Virus record (IMG/VR): IMGVR_UViG_3300000304_000038
Length of the DNA: 64,000 nt
DNA from: an uncultured virus (IMG/VR IMGVR_UViG_3300000304_000038)
Lineage: Duplodnaviria > Heunggongvirae > Uroviricota > Caudoviricetes
Reading direction: 5' to 3' (one strand)
Below the pieces are notes generated by a model, which ran no database searches, had not been told where the DNA came from, and worked only from the letters and a program-made list of their open reading frames with translations. Shown here one piece after another: positions 49,315 through 58,167 of the stretch (position 1 is its first letter; the number at the start of each line of letters is the position of its first letter). The translations under genes and the position numbers were made by a program.

Positions 49315-50436
49315 ATGTCTATGAAAACATTGGCCGCACGCCTACAATACGCGGGGGGAGACCAGCTTGGAAGAATCAAGGAGACGAAACTACGTTCTTT
49401 GCGGGCGGCTCTGAAAAATAGCTATAATTCTCGCATGATTAGAACACCAAGACATGCGGCTTGGCCTTGTCTAATCAACAAGAACCTCCTGAAAGCTGAT
49501 TACGATAGAGAGTTCATCTCTGTTGAGTTTGCGTCTGGTCTTGATGCGGGAGATACCTTTCAATGTCTCGATGATGGTACTCATTGGATGATATATCTGC
49601 CAATCATTGACGAGGTTGCATATCTTCGTTCGGAGATTATTCGTTGCAGATATACTCTTATCATTGATGGTGTCGAATATTGGGTTTACTTTCAGGGTCC
49701 GACAGAAACAACGATTCAGTGGTTCCAAAAGGGTGGGGTTCAATATAACGAACCCAATCTCTCTGGAACCATCTATATAAAAAAGGACCAAAGGACTCTT
49801 GATTTCTTCCATCGCTTTACCAACATCAAAATCGCTGGACATACTTGGCAGGTTCAAGTAGTGGATTATATCTCTGTTCCCGGAATCATAGAACTCGAAG
49901 TGCAAGAGTATTTTGACAATGAGGCAGAGGACTTGCCCCGCATAGAGCAAGAAGGATGCCATGAGATTATTGGCGTGGAAAACGTAGAGCAAGATAAGAC
50001 CTATGGGTTCAAGATTAGAGACTCTTACTACCGTCCAGACTATCATTGGTCCGTAGAAGGCAATGATAGGGTTGAGATTTTGCGTGAGTTAGATGATGGT
50101 AGACAATGTGAGATACAGGTACACGATGGAGCCATCAGAGGGTTCAAAATCGTATATGGAAATGGTCGTTCTGGGTATAATATGGATGTTAGCATTTCCA
50201 AGAGATGCACGGGTATCATTGGCCCCAAGACTGTGTACCCCTATGATATCATCGAGTACAAGGTTCCTGTTGATGGGGAGTTCTGGTTAGATGGAAATCT
50301 TGCGGAAATCATTGATACGGAGCAACACTCTTGTCGTATAGAGATAAAGAGTTCCAAGAGTGGAGAATTCGTTCTTCATTTTAGGTCTGATAGCGGCATA
50401 GAAGTAGATATGCCTATCACAATCGAGTCTTTGTAA
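49315..50436 (+). CDS. putative head closure protein with C-terminal Ig-like repeats
   Basis: Position; two IIG...V...Y-type repeats in the C-terminal half. Confidence 0.5.
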   Translation: MSMKTLAARLQYAGGDQLGRIKETKLRSLRAALKNSYNSRMIRTPRHAAWPCLINKNLLKADYDREFISVEFASGLDAGDTFQCLDDGTHWMIYLPIIDEVAYLRSEIIRCRYTLIIDGVEYWVYFQGPTETTIQWFQKGGVQYNEPNLSGTIYIKKDQRTLDFFHRFTNIKIAGHTWQVQVVDYISVPGIIELEVQEYFDNEAEDLPRIEQEGCHEIIGVENVEQDKTYGFKIRDSYYRPDYHWSVEGNDRVEILRELDDGRQCEIQVHDGAIRGFKIVYGNGRSGYNMDVSISKRCTGIIGPKTVYPYDIIEYKVPVDGEFWLDGNLAEIIDTEQHSCRIEIKSSKSGEFVLHFRSDSGIEVDMPITIESL

Positions 50437-50448
50437 GGAGGTTATGCG

Positions 50449-51039
50449 ATGAAAATAAAATCTCCTGAAGTGGCTACCGATTTCAAATCCAGTTTCTTGT
50501 CTTGCGAAAAGGACCAAGAGCTGATATGGAAAAAGTTGTTCATTGAAAATAGACCTTATAGCGATTTGCTCAAACGTCTATTGGTAGTCAACACTTATGA
50601 TTGCTTGGATACTACCAATATGCAATATCAAGACATGATTGATAAGTATAACGTTGGTCGTTTGCGGCGAGAGAAGTATCTAAGGGTAGTTCCTCGCTTG
50701 GAGTTTGAAGAACACGAGAAGGTAAAGTCTTATATAGTTCTTAGTTTCGATGATTTTACTCCGACCTCAAATCCTGAATATAGGGATTGTGCCATTAGCT
50801 TTATGATTGTCTGTCATTTGGATGAATGGGAGCTTGATGATTACAAGCTTCGTCCTTGGCAGATTGCGGGATATATTGATGGTATATTGAATAATTGCAA
50901 GTTGACTGGAATTGGGGAGCTTTCGTTTTTGAGTGCCTCTGAGGTTCCTTTCAATGAGCATATAGCAGGAGTTTTGCTGAGATACGTGGCTACTCATAGC
51001 AATGAGGCTGACAAGAATCCAAATATGCTAGAGAAGTAG
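50449..51039 (+). CDS. putative tail completion/terminator protein
   Basis: Position; LRP..IAG.ID..L...LTGIG motif. Confidence 0.5.
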   Translation: MKIKSPEVATDFKSSFLSCEKDQELIWKKLFIENRPYSDLLKRLLVVNTYDCLDTTNMQYQDMIDKYNVGRLRREKYLRVVPRLEFEEHEKVKSYIVLSFDDFTPTSNPEYRDCAISFMIVCHLDEWELDDYKLRPWQIAGYIDGILNNCKLTGIGELSFLSASEVPFNEHIAGVLLRYVATHSNEADKNPNMLEK

Positions 51040-51046
51040 GTATCTT

Positions 51047-51880
51047 ATGGAGTATCAAGGAGACATTGGACTTTATCTATCTGGCTGTCAAGTTCCAATA
51101 AAGATGTGCGGTGTATATATAACCCCTCCAAAAGTGCGGGAAATCGTACAGTTTGGCGAGACGGATTTCTTCTCTGTCTGTCAGATGTTGGCAGATGTGA
51201 AGAAGTTCGTTGAGCCTATAAAGGAGGGCAATAGTGCGTTAGCTCAGAGGTCAGATTTTCAAATCTTTATAGGTATTTTAGTAAACGAAGAGACATCACA
51301 AGTGCGGCGAATGTTCGATTCGTTCATGCAGCTTTGTTTTGAAGATTTTATAATAGACATAACGAAGAAGTCAATCAATTTCAAGGTAGACGAGGATGGT
51401 CCTAATATAGGTCAGATAAACCCTTTCAATTTGAAAGAGTTCTCTCAGACCATACGGGAGCTATTCCTGCCTATGAAGCAAGAAGATGAAGAGATTGAAT
51501 ATAATATCGACAAGAACAATCAAGCTGCTGTTCGTATGTTGAACAAGATTATGGAGAACAGGAAGAAGCGAGCAAAGGCCGCACAAGAGCAAGCGGGCAA
51601 TCCTACTTCTATTTTTGCACAATATGTTTCCATTCTTTCTATTGGAATGGGAGTTAGTGTGAATATGTTCTATGATTATACTCCGTTTCAGCTCTATGAT
51701 GCCTTCAGTCGTTATATAGCTAAAATGAGCTATGATACCTATCAATCGATTATTACTACTCCGTTTGTCGATAGCTCTAAAATTGAGCAAGTTGACAATT
51801 GGGTTGGTGATATATATAAGCCGAAGCCAAGTGTCTATAACAGTATGGCTGATATAGGAAAACTTGGTGGCTCGGCCTAA
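51047..51880 (+). CDS. tail module hypothetical protein
   Basis: 277 aa ORF in operon. Confidence 0.6.
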   Translation: MEYQGDIGLYLSGCQVPIKMCGVYITPPKVREIVQFGETDFFSVCQMLADVKKFVEPIKEGNSALAQRSDFQIFIGILVNEETSQVRRMFDSFMQLCFEDFIIDITKKSINFKVDEDGPNIGQINPFNLKEFSQTIRELFLPMKQEDEEIEYNIDKNNQAAVRMLNKIMENRKKRAKAAQEQAGNPTSIFAQYVSILSIGMGVSVNMFYDYTPFQLYDAFSRYIAKMSYDTYQSIITTPFVDSSKIEQVDNWVGDIYKPKPSVYNSMADIGKLGGSA

Positions 51881-51977
51881 CTGGGAAAAATCACCTTTTC
51901 CGATAGGTGATTTTGATAATGAGATTGCCAAAACAAATCTAAACGACGAGAAAAAGAAAGGAAAAGGTGATTCTTAG

Positions 51978-54900
51978 ATGCGATTTGGTATTCGTGACAT
52001 TACTGATGTAGTCTTCAAGGCTCGCTCTGAAGTCCGCATTGGTAATCAGACCTTCAAGCCCGGTCAGCCAGTTCTTTATATCGACACCGCTAAGACTGCT
52101 ACCCTTGAAGGTGCTGCTACGCAAGTGTTCGCACAAGGCGGACGTGGTAATCCCCGCTTGGTAGGCTGGGAGGGTTGGGCTAGACAGCTAGTAGCTGCCT
52201 AATAAAGCGTTTGCTCTCCGATTCTGGTAACAGATGTAGTAAAAATTTTCTAATTGCTGGGACGCCTTTATTTATAGATAGAGGTAATCAGCAGCCAATT
52301 TACTGGTTCAACGACTATCGCTTACGCGAGTAGATTCTACCAAAGAATCGAAATGGAAATCTCCTATCTTGTGATAGGATGAAGATATAGTCTAATCCGT
52401 ATGTATATATAAAGATACGGCATGTGCTGGAACGCACCATTACCTTTGAACTTCCTCAAAGCGCGAAGGTAGCTGCTTAGTAATAAGCGGCATATAAAAT
52501 TTCTTGAATTGCGGGAAACTCCTAAAAAGTTTCGATTACTAAGCCAATATAGTGATATAATTGGTGGCAAGGGTAATGACCGAGGTAAAGTAACAACGTC
52601 GAAATCTTGGACAATCCGCAGGTAAGCTAGTTATTCAACATCGGAAGAAGGATACTGAAAATGAATCCAGATGCAGAAAAGCCAAAACTGACTCCTAGTC
52701 AGATAAAGCCGGGAATGAAATTCAATCATTGGACGGTATTGAAGTTTAGTCATAAAAACAAACATAGAATTCCATATTTTCTTTGTAGATGCGATTGCGG
52801 TACTGTTAGAGCTGTAAGAGGGACAGCGCTAATACAAGGAACTTCTCGCGCATGTTCTAGGTCTTGTGAAAACAATATTATAGGACAGCGTTTTGGAAGA
52901 TGGACTGTTCTAAGAGCAGATAAGAGCAGACCTCGATACTATTGGTGTCGCTGCGATTGCGGAACCGAACGGAGTGTATACCGTGGTTCTCTTATCTCTG
53001 GTCAATCTAAATCATGTGGATGTTTGACACATAATGGAACAGTCTGTGGGGTTAGAGAAGAGACAATTGAAAGATATAAATCTTGTATTGGTAAGAAATA
53101 TGGAAAATTGACAGTGTTAGAATTGAATGATGCTGGTGGATATTTTCTTTGTCAGTGCGATTGTGGAAAACAGATACAAGTTCCTAAATATAATATAGTT
53201 AGTGGAAATACTACTTCTTGCGGCTGTACTCGTGCTGAGAGCTTGAGAAAGCAGCAGCAAGAAAAATATGAAGATTGTATAGGAAAAAAGATAAATCATC
53301 TTACTATAACTAATTGCTATTATAAGAATAATAGTTTTTGGTTTACCTGTATCTGTGATTGCGGCAAAGAGTATACTAATTTAGCAACAAGAATATATAC
53401 CGGCTATATTCAATCTTGTGGTTGTTTGAAATCAAAAGCCGAAGAAGATTTTGAGAAGATTCTTCAATCTTATAACATTTCTTATATTAGAGAATATAAG
53501 ATTTCTGATTGTTGCGACAAGCAGCCTCTACCTTTTGATTTTGCCATATTGAATTCAGCCGCAGAGCTAATTGGGTTGGTTGAATTGGATGGAAAGCAAC
53601 ATTATTCAATCGGTGGATGGCAAACAGAGGAAAGACTAAAATACGTCCAGAAACATGATAAGATAAAAATTCAATACTGTCTACAAAACAATATCCCTCT
53701 CTTGGTAATTCCCTATCAATATTATGATAGTTTAGAGGAATTTTTGACTACTTCAGATTTTTGGCAAGTTATAACTAGAAACTTCAACGACTAAACACTC
53801 TATTCGGAAACGGGCAACCGATTTGAGTTAGTGAGAAACCCCTACTATGATAATAGAGGGTGATGATATAGTCTGTTCATTGTATCTCAAAAAAAATGAG
53901 ACGCTAGAGGATGCCCTTCTATCCCCAGTAAGCTTTGCTCTTCTTACTGGCGCTGGTCTTAGCAATGTTGCCTCTGCTGGTGCAAGCAACAAGGTAAAAG
54001 TCAATACTTGGTTTGACCTTCCTATCAAGACTGGCGGCGTAGTTGAGATTGACCTTGCTACTGCTGGTGACAACCATGACATCTATATCGATGATGAAGA
54101 TTATCCTGTCTATGGTACCATCCTTGATAATGCTGGTGCTCCTGTAATTTATTGCGAGAACACTGGTATCGATGGTGTTGAGCCTAACTGCAATGTCTAC
54201 ACCATTACTGCCGACAACAAGCTCGTTCTTCACTTCACTGATGCTGCCAAATATGTTGGTGCCATCATGCGTGTTGATTGCTATGTTGAGAAGACTGGTG
54301 GCGTAACTCGTATCGTGGTTGACCCTGAGAACTTCTCTGGTAACTACTACGTCGAGGCTCAGGCTCTATTCCGTGAGCAGGATTCCGGTCTTGACATGCC
54401 TGTTGTTATTTCTTTCCCGAACGTAAAGATTCAATCCAACTTCACGTTCAACATGAACAACACAGGCGATCCATCTGAACGTATTTTGCGGATGGCTGCG
54501 TAGTAATACGCTGAAAATAAACAATCTTGAATTGCTGGAAACTCCTTAGAGCTTTGAATACCTATAAGGTGATAATTTCAAAGATTGGACAATCAGCAGC
54601 TAGTATGCTAAAATCAAATTATTATATTCACTAACTTTGTTGGGAAGGATATACAAATGGAAAGAAGAATCCATGATTTTTTACCTTATATAAAAGACCT
54701 TTACACTATTACAGATGAAGGAAAAGTATATAGTGATAATACTGGTATAATGAAAACTAGAAATCGAGCTGGTTCAGAGTATCAGATTATAAACTTTATG
54801 ACTATAGATGGCAAGAAAAAATGTTTTCGTTTACACCGTCTAGTAATGATGGCTTTTAGACCAATCGAGCATCCCGAAGAATGGGAAGTCAACCATATAG

Positions 54901-55902
54901 ACGGCAATAAAAAAAATAATAATTTGTCTAATCTGGAATGGTGTACTTCGCATGACAATCAAGTACATGCTTATAAGATGGGTCTACAAAAAAGTCAAAA
55001 AGGTAAAACTAAGAAAATGAGAAGATTGAACGAGGAAGAAGTAAAAAAGATAATTCAATTACGTGCCGAAGGTTATTCCTATAATAGAATTGCAAGAAAA
55101 GTAAATACTTCTCCTTCTAATGTCGCAAAAATAGTAAAAGGCAAAACTTGGTCTAGCATACAGTTCAACGACTATTCCGAAAGGAAGTAGGAATCGAGCG
55201 ATTCCGAAGTAAGATTCCCCGCACAATTTGAAGCGGGTGATGATATAGTCTCTTCTTTGTGGAAACACAAAGTTGCTTTTGTATAAAGCAATTTTAGTTT
55301 TGCGAGCTAAAAAAAGATAAATGACGTTTACGTTTACTATGGATTGCTTCCCCGCCTATATCAAGGGTGACTACAGCCACAAGATGTTCTTCGCTATGGA
55401 CATTGTTGCGGACGAGACCATTCACCCTGATGTAGAGGAAGCTGAGGAAGAGTGCCCAGAGCTAGAGCTTACCTTCTCTGAGATTACCGCTGGTGCTTCT
55501 GACTGGGCTACCAAGGAATTCCCAGGTGACCCCAAGAAGGTAAACTTCCTTACTCTTGGTAACAATCTAAAGGCTACCATCGACCGCGCTAATGTTGATT
55601 TCTCTGGTAATCTAAAGCGCATCGATAACTGGACCGCTTTCAGTTCCAACCCTGAAGACCTTACCGGTTATTACTTCCCATTCACCATGAAGGCTGAGGA
55701 TGGTGCCAAGCTCATTCGTACCACTCGGGCCGGTATTGAGAAGACTCTCGTCTTTGGTCAGACCGGTGATGGTGAGGGCCAGATCAATATGGTTTGGGCT
55801 GTTGACGAAGATGCTCCTGTTGTCAACGTCACTCTCAAGAGCGCTGACGAATCTAAGATTCAGGTATTCAGCTTCGACTTTAGTAAGTGCAACTTCCGCT
55901 AA
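51978..55902 (+). CDS. major tail protein, 4 exons (51978-52175, 52430-52447, 53901-54476, 55324-55902; 456 aa spliced)
   Basis: Splicing gives continuous GNPRLVGWEG-ERTITF-TLEDALLSP and NNTGDPS-TFTFTMD; high-expression codon bias; product inferred from position before the tape measure gene. Confidence 0.8.
52176..52429 (+). mobile_element. group I intron mtp-I1 (254 nt, no ORF)
   Basis: P1 GGAGGGU/GCUCUCC, P10 GCGUUU/GAACGC, core AAUUGCUGGG, AAUCAGCAG, UUCAACGACUA, AAGAUAUAGUCU. Confidence 0.88.
52448..53900 (+). mobile_element. group I intron mtp-I2 (1453 nt) with endonuclease ORF
   Basis: P1 UUACCUUU/GAAGGUAG, core AAUUGCGGG, AAUCCGCAG, UUCAACGACUA, GAUAUAGUCU, terminal G. Confidence 0.88.
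52661..53794 (+). CDS. intron-encoded endonuclease: four CxCDCG repeats + PD-(D/E)xK/EDxHD-like domain
   Basis: Repeated G.K/RF..W/LTV...C.CDCG units; PFDFAI...VELDGKQHY. Confidence 0.8.
   Translation: MNPDAEKPKLTPSQIKPGMKFNHWTVLKFSHKNKHRIPYFLCRCDCGTVRAVRGTALIQGTSRACSRSCENNIIGQRFGRWTVLRADKSRPRYYWCRCDCGTERSVYRGSLISGQSKSCGCLTHNGTVCGVREETIERYKSCIGKKYGKLTVLELNDAGGYFLCQCDCGKQIQVPKYNIVSGNTTSCGCTRAESLRKQQQEKYEDCIGKKINHLTITNCYYKNNSFWFTCICDCGKEYTNLATRIYTGYIQSCGCLKSKAEEDFEKILQSYNISYIREYKISDCCDKQPLPFDFAILNSAAELIGLVELDGKQHYSIGGWQTEERLKYVQKHDKIKIQYCLQNNIPLLVIPYQYYDSLEEFLTTSDFWQVITRNFND
54477..55323 (+). mobile_element. group I intron mtp-I3 (847 nt) with HNH ORF
   Basis: P1 CCAUCU/GGAUGG, P10 AACGU/ACGUU, AAUUGCUGG, AAUCAGCAG, UUCAACGACUA, GAUAUAGUCU. 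Confidence 0.88.
54657..55190 (+). CDS. intron-encoded HNH homing endonuclease with C-terminal HTH
   Basis: LHRLV...VNHIDGNKKNNNLSNLEWCT..DN. Confidence 0.9.
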   Translation: MERRIHDFLPYIKDLYTITDEGKVYSDNTGIMKTRNRAGSEYQIINFMTIDGKKKCFRLHRLVMMAFRPIEHPEEWEVNHIDGNKKNNNLSNLEWCTSHDNQVHAYKMGLQKSQKGKTKKMRRLNEEEVKKIIQLRAEGYSYNRIARKVNTSPSNVAKIVKGKTWSSIQFNDYSERK

Positions 55903-55920
55903 TCTATTAGCAATTGCTCC

Positions 55921-55959
55921 GAGGGAGGAGAGGATTTTTCCTCTTCTCCCTCTTTTTTT
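55921..55959 (+). terminator. intrinsic terminator after the major tail gene
   Basis: GAGGGAGGAGAGGA-TT-TTCCTCTTCTCCCTC followed by T-tract. Confidence 0.75.
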
Positions 55960-55984
55960 ATAGAGATGAAAGGAGGCGCGGCGA

Positions 55985-57517
55985 TTGGACTACTTGCACT
56001 ATTACTTTAGCAACTATATAAAATCAAATGAGCAAGATTTGTCGTATATAAATAGAGGAAAACGGGTAGAACTAATATTGAGACAGATGGACCTCTTTGG
56101 TGCCAAGGTAAATCAGTTCTACAACGAGGCAGCTACCAATGAGATGGGTGAAGTCATGGATATTCTTTCTGGCGAGGCTCATGCGGCAGCTCTTGAAGAT
56201 GTCTACGTTGGTGCGTCACACACTTCGCCGCAAATAAATGGTATAGACATATCCTCTATAGCCAACATGAAAGTTGAGAACATAGCGAACAAACTTCAAA
56301 CGGACGCAAACGAACTGACCACTCTAATAAATGACTTCTACAATAGCTTGACCCAAAAGCTTGACGAGGTGTACCAGATATTAGGAAAGGGTGAGGCATA
56401 TGATACATTTGCGGCCAATGTTCTCACAGAATATTGCAACGACAACGAGATACCCAAGAGTCAAGCCGGACAGGTAATATTGCGGCAGTTCTTGAGTTCC
56501 GAGGGATTATCGAGCGTCAAAGGCCGCACCAATCTAGAGACATACATCAAAAGATTGTCTCTCTTGGCATCTTCTCTTCCGTCTTATACAGGAGGAGCGA
56601 TAGATTATGGTACGACTCGTGGAACAGAAAAAACAGCTCAAAGCTTGCCAGAATTCTTCAAGATAGTCGCACAAAAGACAAACGGTCTTTTCAGCAATAT
56701 CACAGGTAGAGTCGGTGAGATGGCCTTCGCAAAGGCTGAGGAGGAAGTGAGTTGCGAGATACAAGAACAGTTGCATGATGTGAACATATCCATAGATGAT
56801 GCAATGGGTCTCGGTTCCTCGCAAGGAAACAGTTGGCTTGAGTGCGATGTGAATATGGATGGTGCTTTTGAGATACCAGACCAACCAACGGTTCTTCAGA
56901 CGAATACCGGAGATGTTCGAATTACCGTAACAAAAGGACAGGTATCCGCTTCTTACGGCGTCAATGTGAAGGACTATAAGTTTGACTCTCATGCTAAATT
57001 CCAAAAGATACGTATAGGTACCGGTCTCAGTTTTCTGGATGCCTACCATAAGGTGTACGGAAACGATAATTTCCTATATGCCGTTGCATCAGGTCAAGCA
57101 GGCGTATCTGACATGAATGCGGACATATATTCAGAGTCGATGCTTACCGCTCTCTGGCAGGATTTGATAGCAACGACCGTGGCTGGTTCTGTTCTTGATA
57201 CTTTGGCCGGTATGCCGCAAGAGAATAATTTATTTTTGTCTGTGAACGGTAGAATTTTTACCTTGACAGACGTGATACAGCAAGTGGGACAGAGTATCAT
57301 GGGGGCGGAATCTGATATGCTGGTCTCTGGTACCGTTATGGGTATCAGTCAGAAGAAACGTCTGACAGATATGAACAAATGGGAAGGTATTGAAGGTATT
57401 CGTAATAAAGTTTTGGCTAATCAACGTAGCGAAACTGCTGGTCCCGCTGTTGCTAGTGCTTTGAGTACCGCTAAATTGAATATAAATCTAAAGATGCTGT
57501 CGGTATTGTTGAGATAA
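55985..57517 (+). CDS. hypothetical 510 aa tail-module protein
   Basis: AAAGGAGG SD, TTG start. Confidence 0.7.
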   Translation: MDYLHYYFSNYIKSNEQDLSYINRGKRVELILRQMDLFGAKVNQFYNEAATNEMGEVMDILSGEAHAAALEDVYVGASHTSPQINGIDISSIANMKVENIANKLQTDANELTTLINDFYNSLTQKLDEVYQILGKGEAYDTFAANVLTEYCNDNEIPKSQAGQVILRQFLSSEGLSSVKGRTNLETYIKRLSLLASSLPSYTGGAIDYGTTRGTEKTAQSLPEFFKIVAQKTNGLFSNITGRVGEMAFAKAEEEVSCEIQEQLHDVNISIDDAMGLGSSQGNSWLECDVNMDGAFEIPDQPTVLQTNTGDVRITVTKGQVSASYGVNVKDYKFDSHAKFQKIRIGTGLSFLDAYHKVYGNDNFLYAVASGQAGVSDMNADIYSESMLTALWQDLIATTVAGSVLDTLAGMPQENNLFLSVNGRIFTLTDVIQQVGQSIMGAESDMLVSGTVMGISQKKRLTDMNKWEGIEGIRNKVLANQRSETAGPAVASALSTAKLNINLKMLSVLLR

Positions 57518-57526
57518 GGAGATAAA

Positions 57527-58060
57527 ATGACAGGAAATTATTTACCAGAACAGCTTGCTGAAGAAAAAGAAGTAAGACTCAATATGGAGCAGGTCTGCAT
57601 GATTGAAGATTTTGCGGCCCAAGCTGCTAACGATGGTGGTTTTATGAGTCGCTATGTCTTTGAGCGAGCCATTCTTGTGTTCGCGGCGATTGTTCTATAT
57701 CCCGACCGTAAAGAAGAAATTACCGAGATGATTGGTAAGGATTATGATATTCGTGCGGCCTATCAGGTTCTCTTGGAGACAGGACTTCTCGAAGAGATGG
57801 CTAACGACTACCAGAAAGAGCTTACTTGGTTACTTTGTATTGGAGACACTTGGTTTGAAGAGGCCAAGGATTTTGAGCAGTCGGCTCGTGGTCTTCTAAG
57901 CACAATCTCTGACCTCTCAGGTGATATCGTACAGGGAGCTTTTGAGAAGCTCCAAGAGGCGGCAAATGGCGATGCAAAAATCGTTGAAGATTTTGCAAAA
58001 CAATGGGGATATGGTCGAGCCGCAAAGAAATCTGATGCTCCTGCTTTAGAATTAGTATAA
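57527..58060 (+). CDS. putative tail assembly chaperone
   Basis: Immediately upstream of the tape measure gene. Confidence 0.5.
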   Translation: MTGNYLPEQLAEEKEVRLNMEQVCMIEDFAAQAANDGGFMSRYVFERAILVFAAIVLYPDRKEEITEMIGKDYDIRAAYQVLLETGLLEEMANDYQKELTWLLCIGDTWFEEAKDFEQSARGLLSTISDLSGDIVQGAFEKLQEAANGDAKIVEDFAKQWGYGRAAKKSDAPALELV

Positions 58061-58167
58061 CAGGTCAGAACTAAATAAAAGATATAGCCCTACTTTCATT
58101 TTATGAGAGTAGGGCTTTTTTCTATTTTAGGAGATACAAGGAAATCCTCTTGAAAGGGGTGATTGAA

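Noticed and set aside
52176..53900. Twintron (intron nested in an intron)
   Set aside because: An in-frame 18-nt exon with its own P10 and P1 pairings separates the two cores
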